A DNA stretch of 64,000 nt from Eubacteriales bacterium (lineage in GTDB: Bacteria > Bacillota > Clostridia > Oscillospirales > CAG-272), in the NCBI GenBank assembly GCA_045533505.1, contig JAZSHY010000010.1:11952-75951 (forward strand). Reading direction: 5' to 3'. The position numbers were made by a program, and so were the translations under genes. Positions 18,431-29,148 of the stretch are shown piece by piece (the stretch's first letter is position 1; every line of letters starts with the position of its first letter). The notes under the pieces are model-generated. The model was not told the DNA's origin. It was given only the letters and a program-made list of their open reading frames with translations, and ran no database searches.

Positions 18431-21400
18431 TCAATCGTCGTTGCCGTCGGCATCATCCTCGTTGTATTCGAGGCTGTCGAAGTCATCGGCAAACTCATCA
18501 TAATCCTCGGAGTCCTCAGTGTCCTCCTCGGGTTCATCCTCCGGTGCTTCCTCTTCCCCGACAGAGCCAAGGTCAACGTCCTCAAGCACGCCACCCATCA
18601 TAGGGCCGTCGTCCTCGTCGACAAGTTCGGAAAGCTCAATCTCCTCACCGTTTTCGTCCAAAACTCGGACGTCAAGCGCGAGAGAATGCAGTTCCTTAAC
18701 CAAAACCTTAAAGGATTCGGGAATACCGGGAGTCGGAATATTCTGGCCCTTGACGATGGCCTCATAGGTTTTTACGCGGCCCGTCACGTCGTCACTCTTC
18801 ACAGTAAGAATTTCCTGAAGCGTGTAGGCGGCACCGTATGCCCTAAGTGCCCAGCCCTCCATCTCACCGAAGCGCTGTCCGCCAAACTGAGCCTTACCGC
18901 CGAGAGGCTGCTGAGTTACCATGGAGTAAGGACCGTTGGAACGGGCATGAATCTTGTCATCAACCAGATGGTGAAGCTTCAAATAGTACATAACACCGAC
19001 GGTGACGGGGTTGTCAAACGGCTCACCCGTGCGGCCATCGTAAAGCGTAACCTTTCCGTCAATCACATACACAGGCTCACGCGCACGGAGCTCGGCGAAC
19101 TTTTCGGCGTCCTGCTCGTAAATCGGGTCAACACGCTGATAATCCTTTTCGCCGTTTTCACCGATAACCTCGGTAAAGAGAGCCTTGCCGAGCACGTTCT
19201 CGCCGTCGCGAATCTCACGCACATATTTAGCCTTGCGGAGACACTCGATGATGTCACGCTCGTTGGCACCGTCAAAGACGGGAGTCATAAGCTTGAGACC
19301 GAGCCTCTTGGCGGCAATGCCGAGGTGAACTTCAAGCACCTGACCGATATTCATACGCGAGGGAACGCCCAGAGGGTTCAGAACGATATCCACAGGAGTG
19401 CCGTCTGCCAAGAAGGGCATATCCTCGGGAGGAAGAATACGGGAAACAACACCCTTGTTACCGTGGCGGCCTGCCATCTTGTCGCCCACCGAAATCTTGC
19501 GCTTCTGGGCAACGTAGACACGCACAACCTTGTTAACGCCGGGGGCAAGGTCGGTGGAATTGGAACGGTCAAAGACCTTTACGTCCACAACGATGCCCGA
19601 TTCGCCGTGAGGAAGCTTGAGAGAGGAGTCCTTGACCTCTCTTGCCTTCTCGCCGAAGATGGCGCGAAGGAGTCTTTCCTCGGGTGTAAGCTCCGGCTCA
19701 CCCTTCGGAGTAACCTTACCGACAAGGATATCTCCCGCACGTACCTCGGTGCCGATGCGTACGATACCGTCGGCATCAAGGTCCTTAAGAGCATCCTCGC
19801 CCACATTGGGAATTTCACGGGTGATTTCCTGCGGGCCGAGCTTCGTATCTCTCGCTTCCATGGAATGCTCCTCGATATGAATCGAGGTGTAGGTATCATT
19901 TCGCACGAGGTTCTCATTCAGAAGAACCGCGTCCTCGTAGTTGTAGCCTTCCCAAGTCATGAAGGCAATGGTAACGTTTTTGCCAAGCGAAATTTCGCCG
20001 TTTGCCGTGGCGGGACCGTCGGCGATAATCTCGCCCTTCTCCACACGGTCACCGTTTTCCACAATGGGACGCTGATTGATGCAAGTGCCCTGGTTGGAGC
20101 GCTTGAACTTAATCAGCTGATAGGTGTCCTGACGGCCACTGTCGGTCATGATGACTATGCGCTCGGAGGTGGCGCTTTTTACCGTACCGCCCTCTTTTGC
20201 AATCACAACCGTGCCCGAATCGGCGGCTGCCTTATACTCCATACCCGTCGCAACATACGGCTGGTCGGTCACCATAAGCGGAACCGCCTGCTTCTGCATG
20301 TTAGAGCCCATAAGAGCACGGGTATTGTCGTCGTTTTCAAGGAAAGGAATCATGGCCGTGGCCACAGACACAACCATTTTCGGCGAAGCGTCCATATAGT
20401 CGATTTTATCCCTGTCGACCTCAACGATTTCGGCGCGGTCACGGGCAATGACCTTGGCGTTGATGAAATGCCCCTCCTCGTCCAGAGGCTCGTTAGCCTG
20501 GGCGATGATGTAGCGCTCCTCCACGTCGGCGGTCATATATTCGATTTCATCGGTGACACGCCCCGTCTCACGGTCAACCTTGCGGTAAGGTGCCTCAAGG
20601 AAGCCATATTCGTTGATTTTGGCATAGGTCGCAAGATAGGAAATCAGACCGATGTTCGGACCTTCAGGCGTTTCAATCGGGCATATACGACCATAGTGCG
20701 TGTAGTGCACGTCACGGACGTCGAAGCCGGCACGGTCACGCGTAAGACCGCCGGGGCCGAGGGCAGAAAGACGGCGCTTGTGCGTCAACTCGGCAAGGGG
20801 GTTGTTCTGGTCCATGAACTGAGAAAGCGGAGAGGAGCCGAAAAACTCGCGGATAACCGTGGCAACAGGGCGCACGTTCACAAGAGACTGCGGAGTCATA
20901 TCCTCGGTGTCGTGCACCGACATGCGCTCCTTGATGTTCTTGTCCATACGCGTCATACCCATGCGCATCTGGTTCTGGAGAAGCTCTCCCACGCAGCGCA
21001 GACGACGGTTGCCAAGATGGTCGATATCGTCAAAGCTCCCTATGCCGTGCGTCAGGTTCAGGAGATAGTTAATCGAAGCGAAGATATCCGCTTTGGTGAT
21101 GTGCTTGGGCGAAAGCTCTGCCACACGAAGGGCCGCAGCCTCGCGGATAGCGTCAAGGTCACCCGCGGCAGCATCGCAAATTTCGCGCATCACACTGAAG
21201 CGAACCTTGCCCGTGATTCCGATTTCGGAAAGGTCAAGACCAAAGGCAGAGGGGAGCGCGGCATCGTTGCCGAGCACCTTCACCTCGTTGCCAGAAAGGT
21301 CGCAAAGATACAGCTCGTTGACCGCATGCCCTTCAAGAACGGCAGCGTCCTCGGAGGTAATTACATGACCGGCATCAAAGAGAAGCTCGCCCGTCATGGG

Positions 21401-22312
21401 GCTCACAGCCGCACGGGAAAGGGCAAAGCCTTGGGCACGGGTGGCAACGGCAAGCTTTTTATCAAACTTGTAGCGTCCGACAGGGGCAAGGTCGTATCTC
21501 TTCGGATCAAAGAGCATATTGTTGACCGCCAACTGTGCACTCTCGATGATGGGCGGTTCACCGGGACGCAGCTTTTTGTAAATTTCCTTCAGAGCAGCCT
21601 CGGAAAGCGTGGTGTTCTCTTCCTGAGCGCTTCTCTGGCACTCGTCCTTCTGGAAGGTTGCCACAAGAAGCTCCTCATTGCCGAAATGAGCAAGAATATC
21701 CTCGTCGGTTTCGATGCCGAGCGCACGGACGAGCACGGTAATCGGAAGCTTCCTCTGCTTATCGATTTTTACATAGAAAACACCCTGCGAATCTGTCTCG
21801 TATTCAAGCCAGGCACCGCGATAAGGAATGACCGAGCTCTCGTAGGTATGGTTCCCCGTCTTGTCCACGTTGGCTTTGTAAATAATGCCGGGGGAACGGA
21901 CGATCTGAGATACGATAACGCGCTCGGCGCCGTTAATCACGAAGGTGCCGGATTCGGTCATCAGGGGGAAGTTGCCCATGTAAATCTGGTCTTCCTTGAT
22001 TTCACCCGTCTCCTTGTTGGCAAAGCGGACGAGAACCTTGAGGGGAGCCTCATAGGTGGCATCGCGCTCCTTGCACTCCTCCACCGAATACTTCGGGGTG
22101 GGGTCAATTGAGAAATCCACAAATTCGATGGACAGGTTGCCCGAATAGTCGGTGATGGGAGAGACGTCGCGAAGGACCTCAAGCATACCCTCCTTACAGA
22201 ACCACTCAAAGGATTTCTTTTGGACCTCGATAAGGTTCGGCATCTCCAGGGCTTCATTGATTTTGGAAAAGCTGAGTCGCGTGGTTTTACCGAGCTTCTG
22301 TGGTTTTAGCAT
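18431..22312 (-). CDS. rpoB: RNA polymerase beta subunit
   Basis: SQFMDQ...[34 protein letters not shown]. Start placed at ATG 22312 behind GGAGTG. Confidence 0.99.
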   Translation of the reverse strand: MLKPQKLGKTTRLSFSKINEALEMPNLIEVQKKSFEWFCKEGMLEVLRDVSPITDYSGNLSIEFVDFSIDPTPKYSVEECKERDATYEAPLKVLVRFANKETGEIKEDQIYMGNFPLMTESGTFVINGAERVIVSQIVRSPGIIYKANVDKTGNHTYESSVIPYRGAWLEYETDSQGVFYVKIDKQRKLPITVLVRALGIETDEDILAHFGNEELLVATFQKDECQRSAQEENTTLSEAALKEIYKKLRPGEPPIIESAQLAVNNMLFDPKRYDLAPVGRYKFDKKLAVATRAQGFALSRAAVSPMTGELLFDAGHVITSEDAAVLEGHAVNELYLCDLSGNEVKVLGNDAALPSAFGLDLSEIGITGKVRFSVMREICDAAAGDLDAIREAAALRVAELSPKHITKADIFASINYLLNLTHGIGSFDDIDHLGNRRLRCVGELLQNQMRMGMTRMDKNIKERMSVHDTEDMTPQSLVNVRPVATVIREFFGSSPLSQFMDQNNPLAELTHKRRLSALGPGGLTRDRAGFDVRDVHYTHYGRICPIETPEGPNIGLISYLATYAKINEYGFLEAPYRKVDRETGRVTDEIEYMTADVEERYIIAQANEPLDEEGHFINAKVIARDRAEIVEVDRDKIDYMDASPKMVVSVATAMIPFLENDDNTRALMGSNMQKQAVPLMVTDQPYVATGMEYKAAADSGTVVIAKEGGTVKSATSERIVIMTDSGRQDTYQLIKFKRSNQGTCINQRPIVENGDRVEKGEIIADGPATANGEISLGKNVTIAFMTWEGYNYEDAVLLNENLVRNDTYTSIHIEEHSMEARDTKLGPQEITREIPNVGEDALKDLDADGIVRIGTEVRAGDILVGKVTPKGEPELTPEERLLRAIFGEKAREVKDSSLKLPHGESGIVVDVKVFDRSNSTDLAPGVNKVVRVYVAQKRKISVGDKMAGRHGNKGVVSRILPPEDMPFLADGTPVDIVLNPLGVPSRMNIGQVLEVHLGIAAKRLGLKLMTPVFDGANERDIIECLRKAKYVREIRDGENVLGKALFTEVIGENGEKDYQRVDPIYEQDAEKFAELRAREPVYVIDGKVTLYDGRTGEPFDNPVTVGVMYYLKLHHLVDDKIHARSNGPYSMVTQQPLGGKAQFGGQRFGEMEGWALRAYGAAYTLQEILTVKSDDVTGRVKTYEAIVKGQNIPTPGIPESFKVLVKELHSLALDVRVLDENGEEIELSELVDEDDGPMMGGVLEDVDLGSVGEEEAPEDEPEEDTEDSEDYDEFADDFDSLEYNEDDADGNDD

Positions 22313-22451
22313 CGTAGAATCACTCCGTTTCATAAAAATTCACCGAAAAACACGCCCATGTCTTCGGCAAAAAATGAAAAATGCGCTCGCGCAGAATGCT
22401 TAAAATATATAAATATATATTGTAAAACATACAAAGGCCAAGCAGTTAAAT

Positions 22452-22480
22452 ATTATATCAAGTCAAAAGCAGGTTGTCAA
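22452..22480 (-). promoter_or_regulatory. Sigma-A promoter of rpoBC
   Basis: TTGACA, 17 bp, TATAAT with extended TG. Confidence 0.8.
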
Positions 22481-22864
22481 GAGATTTTATGGAAAAAACC
22501 AAAAAATTTATCCGTTTTCTTTGTTTGTAAATTTTTTGTTAACTTTTTTGTTTGCCTTTGTAAATTTTTTCGACTGTGCAAAAGCTGTGGCAGGAGCCGG
22601 GCGTGCGCCGTGGTTTCAAATGGGAAGATATATATATACTCTTTACTTTTTTTCTGTTTTGTGTTAGAATGCAAAGAGAATCTGTGCCGTGCCATTCCAC
22701 ACGCGTATGCGCACGCACACACGCAGGAGTGCGCAGGTGCGCTTCCTCTTTAATATTGCTGTCATTCCACGCTGTCGCCCCAAAGCCCTTGTGCCAAAAT
22801 AGGCCCCGCCGACAAGGGGCAAAGGCGAAGCCATCACATTCTGTCAAAAGATAGGGAGGATCCT

Positions 22865-23626
22865 ATGAACGCCGAAACGATACAGTCTCTGCTTGGGGAA
22901 GGATACTCGGGCTGCATTACGGTCTACCCTACCCTTCCTTCTACCAACACCTCCCTTCACCGTCTTGCCACCGAGGGGGCCGCTGAGGGCACCGTGATTC
23001 TGGCTGAGGAGCAAACTGCCGGAAGAGGTCGCCGCCAGCGCAGCTTCGCCTCGCCTCGGGGGGCGGGACTTTATATGAGCCTTCTGCTGAGACGCCCGAT
23101 TCCGCTTCCGATACTACCGCTTCTTACACCATACGCCGCCCTTGTAACCTCCCACGCCGTAGAGGCCACCGCCGATGTCAAGGTGAAAATAAAATGGGTC
23201 AATGACCTGTGGATAGGAGGAAAAAAGATTGCCGGCATACTGACAGAGGGCGGGTTCACTCCCGCAGGGGAGGTCGACTTTTGTGTAGTTGGCATCGGTG
23301 TCAATCTCCTTCCAAATGCACTCCCCGCGCAGCTTGCCCCCATAGCGGCCTCCATCGGTGATTTTGCGGTGCCGCCGAAACGAGAAGTGCTTGCCGCCGC
23401 CATTATCCGTTCTTTTTTTGAGGAGCTCCCCTCCCTGACCAACAAAAGCTTTCTTGAGGAATACAGGAGTCGCTCGTTGGTGCTTGGCCGAAGAGTTTCT
23501 GCCACTGTGGGAAGCACTGTGCTCACGGGCATTGCCTCCTCCATTCGCGATGACGGCGCCCTTCTGCTAAAAACCCCCGAAGGAGAGGTGGCCCTTTCCG
23601 CAGGAGAGGTCACTCTCAAAATGTAA
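22865..23626 (+). CDS. birA: Biotin--[acetyl-CoA carboxylase] ligase without N-terminal HTH
   Basis: STN, QTAGRGR, KWVND, KIAGIL and GIGVN motifs intact. Confidence 0.95.
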   Translation: MNAETIQSLLGEGYSGCITVYPTLPSTNTSLHRLATEGAAEGTVILAEEQTAGRGRRQRSFASPRGAGLYMSLLLRRPIPLPILPLLTPYAALVTSHAVEATADVKVKIKWVNDLWIGGKKIAGILTEGGFTPAGEVDFCVVGIGVNLLPNALPAQLAPIAASIGDFAVPPKREVLAAAIIRSFFEELPSLTNKSFLEEYRSRSLVLGRRVSATVGSTVLTGIASSIRDDGALLLKTPEGEVALSAGEVTLKM

Positions 23627-23647
23627 AGAAAACATAGCAAAAAAAGA

Positions 23648-23692
23648 AAAAAGATAAGGCCTGCCAATTTTATGGGCAGGCCTTATCTTTTT
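23648..23692. terminator. Bidirectional terminator
   Basis: AAAAAGATAAGGCCTGCC / GGCAGGCCTTATCTTTTT between convergent genes. Confidence 0.85.
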
Positions 23693-23693
23693 C

Positions 23694-24434
23694 TTACAAC
23701 AGGAAGGCTGTCAAAAGCGGGAGGAACAGTGCGGGAATGAAGTTCGCGGTTTTGATTTTTGTAAGCCCCAGCATATTAAAGCCGATTGCCATTACGATAA
23801 GGGAGCCTACTGCCGAGAGGCCGCCCATAGCGGCGGCGGGAATGCCGGAAAGGAAGATAAGGGCAAGAAGGGTAAAGAAGCCCTGATACAAGAGAACGGG
23901 AATGGCAGAAAGGGCGCACCCAACACCCATGGTGGTTGCCATTACAAGGGCGGCTATGGCGTCCAAGACGGCCTTTGAAAACAAAATGTCCGGCGTGCCG
24001 GTGCCGGTATCCTCAATGGCTCCGAGAATGGCCATCGAGCCCACGCAGAAAAGAATGGTGCAATTCACAAATCCAACGGCAAGGGCGGGGGGTTCCTTCC
24101 CTTCTCTTTTGGCGCGCTTTGTAAGGGCCCCCTCCACAAAGCTGCCCAAGCGGTTAATCAGACCGTCTATATCAAGAAGCTCGCCAAGGAGCCCACCTAT
24201 GGCCAAGGAAAGAATCACAACCAGCATTCCGTAATCCGCAAAGAGCTTGCCGCCCAAGCAAAAGGCCGCATAGCCCTCCTCGGCGCCGCGTATTCCTATA
24301 AAAATAACCGAAAGTGCCGCACCCGTCAGCATAGTTTTCCCCACCCGCTCGGGAATCCCTCGGCGTATGGCGCTGCCTATAAGCGCCGCTACGGCGATGG
24401 CCGCCGCGTTCACAAAAGAGCCTAGCATAAACAT
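23694..24434 (-). CDS. DUF554 family membrane protein
   Basis: GFV...LFCVGSMAILG, KAVLD, PVLLYQG and ANFIPAL motifs. Confidence 0.9.
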   Translation of the reverse strand: MFMLGSFVNAAAIAVAALIGSAIRRGIPERVGKTMLTGAALSVIFIGIRGAEEGYAAFCLGGKLFADYGMLVVILSLAIGGLLGELLDIDGLINRLGSFVEGALTKRAKREGKEPPALAVGFVNCTILFCVGSMAILGAIEDTGTGTPDILFSKAVLDAIAALVMATTMGVGCALSAIPVLLYQGFFTLLALIFLSGIPAAAMGGLSAVGSLIVMAIGFNMLGLTKIKTANFIPALFLPLLTAFLL

Positions 24435-24551
24435 GTCTTCACATCCTCACTTAGCAGAGAGAGGCAGGGCAACAGCTGTGCCCTGCTTGTTGTATTTATC
24501 CCTACCAGTATAGCACGGCTGTACGAAATCTGCAAGAGAAATCGCAAAAAA

Positions 24552-24581
24552 CAAAAAAAGAGGAGGACTTGCGTCCTCCTC
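24552..24581 (-). terminator. Terminator after the YccF gene
   Basis: GAGGAGGAC-4 nt-GTCCTCCTC followed by a T run on the minus strand. Confidence 0.8.
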
Positions 24582-24594
24582 ACATAAAGAGCTA

Positions 24595-24951
24595 TTACGA
24601 AACTGTGGCACCGAAAGGAGCAATCGAGAGCTTCGCCATCTTGAAGCACTGCTTGCCGAAGGGGATACCAATGATGGTGATGCACCAGAAAAGACCGGTA
24701 AAGAAGAAGGTGAGAGCAAGGCCGAAGCCGCCAAGGATGAACCAAACAGCGTTCAGAATGGCATGCTTGAAGAAGTCTGCCTGCACGGTCTTACCGAAGG
24801 GAGCAATCGAGAGCTTGGCAAACTTGAAGGCCTGAAGACCGAAGGGAATGCCAACGATGGTGATGCACCAGCCAAGACCGAGAACGAACCACATAATAGC
24901 AGTGGCAAGGCCGGTAAAGAAGAACCAAAGGATGTTGCCGATGAGTTTCAT
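24595..24951 (-). CDS. YccF-domain (DUF307) membrane protein
   Basis: Two copies of N..WF...G...CITIxGIPFG.Q.FK.AKLSIAPFG, period 183 bp. Confidence 0.93.
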   Translation of the reverse strand: MKLIGNILWFFFTGLATAIMWFVLGLGWCITIVGIPFGLQAFKFAKLSIAPFGKTVQADFFKHAILNAVWFILGGFGLALTFFFTGLFWCITIIGIPFGKQCFKMAKLSIAPFGATVS

Positions 24952-25068
24952 AAGTATTTCTCCTTAAAAAATGTTTTATATCCACCGCCACAAAGCGGAA
25001 AGATACCTAAGGGGTCAAGCACAGTTGACAATTCAAGGGAAAGCATGCCTCTCACCTCAAACACCAAC

Positions 25069-25097
25069 ATTATATCATATCTATTCATAAATTGCAA
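25069..25097 (-). promoter_or_regulatory. Sigma-A promoter of the YccF gene
   Basis: TTGCAA, 17 bp, TATAAT with extended TG. Confidence 0.7.
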
Positions 25098-25248
25098 TAG
25101 TTATGTCAAAAAATTTTTCACATTTTGGTCATTTTTTAGACTTAAAATTAAAAAACCAGAAAAAAAGCAAAGGGCGTTTCTGCCTTTTGCACAGAACCGC
25201 CCTTTCTCGGGGGATACTCACGGGCAAGAGCTGCCCGCCTTTGGACTC

Positions 25249-25635
25249 TCAGGCGAGAAGTGCCACAGCCTCTACCTCAGCCAGAGCCCCCTTTGGAAGC
25301 TCCTTGACCGCGACACAGCTGCGAGCGGGCTTCCCCGTAAAGTATCTGCCGTACACCTCATTGAAGGCAGAAAAATCGGCCATATCGGCAAGATAACAGG
25401 TGGTTTTCACAACACGGGAAAGCGAGGAGCCGGCTGCGGCCAGAACCGCCTCAAGATTTTTCATGATTTGCTCGGTCTCTGCGACAATCCCCTCGGCATC
25501 TATGCTCCCCGTTTCGGGATTCAGGGCAATCTGGCCCGATGTGAAAACAAAATTCCCGACAACCGTTGCCTGGCTATATGGGCCGATGGCAGACGGCGCC
25601 TCCTTTGTTGCTATGATTTTTATGTTTTTTTCCAT
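25249..25635 (-). CDS. ridA: RidA family enamine/imine deaminase
   Basis: APSAIGPYSQA, TSGQI, FNEVY and PARSCV motifs. Confidence 0.95.
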   Translation of the reverse strand: MEKNIKIIATKEAPSAIGPYSQATVVGNFVFTSGQIALNPETGSIDAEGIVAETEQIMKNLEAVLAAAGSSLSRVVKTTCYLADMADFSAFNEVYGRYFTGKPARSCVAVKELPKGALAEVEAVALLA

Positions 25636-25646
25636 TTCTGTTCTCC

Positions 25647-26840
25647 TCACAAAAGCTTGAAGCCTTCGGCGACGAGCGCCTCCTCAATCAGCTTGATATG
25701 CTCAAAGTTTCTGGTTTCCAGAAGGAGCCTGAGCGAGCAACCGTTCACATCCGAGCCCTCACTTGCCCTTTCATGATACACCGAGATAACATTGCCTCCA
25801 AGGTCGGCAATAATGCGTGAGACGGCTTTGAGCTGGCCCGGCTTATCCACAAGCCCAATCATAAGCTGGCAGGTGCGCCCCGACATCAGAAGACCGCGGT
25901 CAATGACGCGCGAAAGAATCGTAACATCAATATTGCCTCCCGAAAGAAGACATACCGTCTTTTTCCCGACAAGATTCAGCTTGCGGAACATCACAGCAGC
26001 CACCGCAGCCGCACCTGCCCCCTCGGTAACCAGCTTGTGCTGCTCCATGAGAGCAAGAATCGCAGCAGAGATTTCGTCGTCGGTCACGGTGACAATTTCA
26101 TCCACATACCGCGAACAAAGCTCAAAGGTCAATTCTCCCGGCTTTTTCACGGCAATCCCATCTGCAATAGTAGAAACGCCCGAAAGCTCCTTGAGGCTGT
26201 GTGCCTCCACCGACCTTGCCATCGAGGGTGCCCCTGCCGCCTGCACACCGTAAACCTTGACACGCGGATTCAGCGTCTTTATCGTGTAAGCAATTCCCGA
26301 AATCAAGCCTCCTCCGCCTATCGGAACCACAACGGCATCCATATCGGGAAGCTGGTCGGCAAGCTCAAGTGCAATCGTGCCCTGCCCCGCAATCACATCC
26401 TCATCGTCAAAGGGATGGACAAAGGTGTAGCCGCGCTCGTCACGGAGCGAGAGCGCATAACGGTAGGCATCGTCATATACCCCATCCACAAGGCAAACCT
26501 CGGCCCCATAGCTTTTTGTAGCCTCTACCTTAGAGATAGGGGCACCGTCGGGAAGGCAGATTACAGCGGGAATACCGTTTTTCTGTGCCGCAAGAGCAAC
26601 ACCCTGTGCGTGGTTCCCTGCCGAGCAGGCTACCACGCCGCGCGCCTTTTCCTCCTCGGAAAGCCGTGTCATTTTATAATAGGCGCCTCTCACCTTGAAG
26701 GAGCCCGTAATCTGAAGGTTCTCGGTTTTCAGAAAAAGCTCGGTGCCGGGAGCGAGCTTGGGCGCGAAAATCAAATCGGTTTTGCGCACCACCGAGCGCA
26801 AGGCATGGCTGGCACGGTAAACGTTGTCAATAGTCAACAT
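25647..26840 (-). CDS. ilvA: Threonine ammonia-lyase with C-terminal ACT domain
   Basis: ENLQITGSFKVRG, SAGNHAQG, GGGGLISG and DKPGQL. Confidence 0.95.
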   Translation of the reverse strand: MLTIDNVYRASHALRSVVRKTDLIFAPKLAPGTELFLKTENLQITGSFKVRGAYYKMTRLSEEEKARGVVACSAGNHAQGVALAAQKNGIPAVICLPDGAPISKVEATKSYGAEVCLVDGVYDDAYRYALSLRDERGYTFVHPFDDEDVIAGQGTIALELADQLPDMDAVVVPIGGGGLISGIAYTIKTLNPRVKVYGVQAAGAPSMARSVEAHSLKELSGVSTIADGIAVKKPGELTFELCSRYVDEIVTVTDDEISAAILALMEQHKLVTEGAGAAAVAAVMFRKLNLVGKKTVCLLSGGNIDVTILSRVIDRGLLMSGRTCQLMIGLVDKPGQLKAVSRIIADLGGNVISVYHERASEGSDVNGCSLRLLLETRNFEHIKLIEEALVAEGFKLL

Positions 26841-26859
26841 ACTTTTCCTCACAATATTT

Positions 26860-28044
26860 TTATACTAAGCTCGCAACGAACTGCTCGGCGCAACGGGCCG
26901 AGCGGCTCCCCTTCCCGAGGGCAAAGGCCTCGGCGCGCACCGCAAGCTCTCCGGGGTCCATTGAGAGCCCGGCGCGGGCGGCAAGCGTCCTAACAATTTC
27001 AAGGTAAAGCTGCTTGCTCGGCTTCTGAAAAAGCACTACAAGCCCGAAGCGCTCGGAGAGCGAGAGGGTTTCGGCAAGAGTGTCATTGCGGTGAATCTCG
27101 TCACCCTCACGGTCACGAAAGCTTTCCTTAATAATATGGCGGCGGTTGCTGGTAGCATAGATGACTGCGTTTTTGGCCTTGGCGCTGGCCGAGCCCTCAA
27201 GGGCCGCCTTCAGCATGCTGAAGCTGTCATCGTCGGTCCCGAAGGAAAGATCATCTATAAAAATCAGGAACCGCAACGGATTGCCGCTTATCTTACCCAT
27301 GACGTAGGGAAGCAGCGAGAGCTGGTCCTTGCGGAGCTCGATAAGCCGCAGGCCTTTTTCAAAAAATTCGTTGGCAATGGCCTTCACCGTAGAGGACTTC
27401 CCCGTCCCCGCGTCGCCGCACAAAAGGACGTTGGCGGCAGGGCGCCCCTCCAGGAAGGCTCGGGTATTGTCAAGCACCCGTCCTCTCTCCTCCTCATAGC
27501 CCACAAAGTGCGCGATGGTGGTAGAATCCTTGCTGACAATCGGCTCAATCGTATGCTCGTCGGAAAGGCGGAACATGCTGTGTGAGGAGAAAATGCCATA
27601 GCCGTAATCTCCTATATGCCGCACTCTCCTCTCAAAGAGGACGGAAAGCTCCTCTCGGTGAGAGGAAAAGGAAGGAAGCGCCGACAGAGGCACACCCATA
27701 TCAGCAGCAAAGTCACCGGGGGTGAGGGCGGCAAAATCCGAGAAGACAGCAAGCTCACGCAGGGCCGAGGCCAAAATAACGGGGCTCACCTCTTCTTTTC
27801 GCGCAAGGGCACGGACATATACGTTCTCGTCCTCGAAAACGGTTGTGGCAATAAGCTCGGTGAGGTCGCCGTTGGCCTTTTCGTATATCTCGGCCACCAT
27901 ATGGGCATACCGCCGAATCCTCTCCTCTCCCTCTGCTCTGAGATACGCGAAGAAGCGAGAAACAACGGGGGCCTCGGTAACACCGATAAACACGGCGGTG
28001 GCCGCAAGCTCGCGCCCCACAGATTGTAAAGTTTTGTTTTCCAT
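26860..28044 (-). CDS. DUF815 family AAA+ ATPase
   Basis: NVLLCGDAGTGKSS, IFIDDLSF, YATSNRRH and SLSERFG. Confidence 0.92.
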   Translation of the reverse strand: MENKTLQSVGRELAATAVFIGVTEAPVVSRFFAYLRAEGEERIRRYAHMVAEIYEKANGDLTELIATTVFEDENVYVRALARKEEVSPVILASALRELAVFSDFAALTPGDFAADMGVPLSALPSFSSHREELSVLFERRVRHIGDYGYGIFSSHSMFRLSDEHTIEPIVSKDSTTIAHFVGYEEERGRVLDNTRAFLEGRPAANVLLCGDAGTGKSSTVKAIANEFFEKGLRLIELRKDQLSLLPYVMGKISGNPLRFLIFIDDLSFGTDDDSFSMLKAALEGSASAKAKNAVIYATSNRRHIIKESFRDREGDEIHRNDTLAETLSLSERFGLVVLFQKPSKQLYLEIVRTLAARAGLSMDPGELAVRAEAFALGKGSRSARCAEQFVASLV

Positions 28045-28060
28045 CTTGTCTTTTACATCC

Positions 28061-29131
28061 TCATGCGAGGCATTTCAGAATGGCATCGGTCATCTCACGC
28101 GTGCCGAGGGCGTCACCGCCATGGGAAAGGTCGGCTGTGCGATAGCCTGCCAAAAGAACAGCATCCACCGCAGACACAATAGCCTCCGACTCCTCGGTAA
28201 GACCGAAGGAATAGAGAAGCATCATAGCTGCCGATAAAACGGTGGCAATCGGGTTCGCCTTGTTTTGACCGGCAATATCGGGGGCGGAGCCGTGAATCGG
28301 CTCATAAAGGCCACGGGTGCCGTCCGAAAGCGATGCCGAGGGAAGCATACCGATAGAGCCTGTAATCTGAGAGGCCTCATCCGAAAGAATATCGCCGAAC
28401 ATATTGCTTGTGACAATAACATCGAACTGGCCGGGATTGCGCACGAGCTGCATCGCAGCATTGTCCACCAGCATATCGACACATTCCACATCGGGATATT
28501 CCGCGGCCATCTCATGCACAACCGAACGCCAAAGGCGAGAGGTTTCCAGCACATTGGCCTTGTCGATGCTTGTGAGCCTGCCACGGCGCTTTCTCGCCGT
28601 CTCAAAGGCAACACGGGCAATTCTCTCAATTTCCATACGGCTGTAGGCCTCGGTATCGTAGGCCTCCTCGCCGTACTTGCCCTGACGGTAGCCGCGCTCG
28701 CCGAAATAGATGCCGCCCGTCAGCTCACGGACAATCATCACATCAAAGCCCGCCGCAGCGATATCGGCGCGCAGGGGGCATTCGTCAGCCAGGGCGGGAT
28801 AGAGCTTGGCGGGGCGAAGGTTGGTGAAAAGCCCCATAGCGGCACGGATGCCAAGAAGGGCCTTTTCCGGGCGGAGATGCCCGGGAAGTGTATCCCATTT
28901 GGGGCCGCCGACGGCACCGAGAAGAACACTGTCGGAGGCAAGGCACCCTTGCACCGTCTCCTCGGGCAGGGGGACACCGACCTCGTCAATGGCCGCGCCG
29001 CCGATAAGATACGGAGTGAAAATAAATTCGTGGCCGTAACGCTTGCCAACAGCCTCAAGAACGCGCACCGCGCTGTCTACAATCTCAGGGCCTATACCGT
29101 CCCCGCGCAAAAGAGCAATTTTATATGTCAT
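28061..29131 (-). CDS. leuB: 3-isopropylmalate dehydrogenase
   Basis: [16 protein letters not shown] and [12 protein letters not shown]. Confidence 0.98.
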   Translation of the reverse strand: MTYKIALLRGDGIGPEIVDSAVRVLEAVGKRYGHEFIFTPYLIGGAAIDEVGVPLPEETVQGCLASDSVLLGAVGGPKWDTLPGHLRPEKALLGIRAAMGLFTNLRPAKLYPALADECPLRADIAAAGFDVMIVRELTGGIYFGERGYRQGKYGEEAYDTEAYSRMEIERIARVAFETARKRRGRLTSIDKANVLETSRLWRSVVHEMAAEYPDVECVDMLVDNAAMQLVRNPGQFDVIVTSNMFGDILSDEASQITGSIGMLPSASLSDGTRGLYEPIHGSAPDIAGQNKANPIATVLSAAMMLLYSFGLTEESEAIVSAVDAVLLAGYRTADLSHGGDALGTREMTDAILKCLA

Positions 29132-29148
29132 AAGTCTTCTCTGCCACC

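Noticed and set aside
18431-18660. Very acidic RpoB C-terminal tail
   Set aside because: Common in clostridial RpoB; not distinctive.
20820-20850. SSPLSQ in the rifampicin cluster of RpoB
   Set aside because: A frequent clostridial variant; the key Q, D, H, R and S positions are canonical.
24611-24880. 183-bp-period direct repeat
   Set aside because: It is the normal two-domain YccF architecture inside one CDS, not a CRISPR or mobile repeat.
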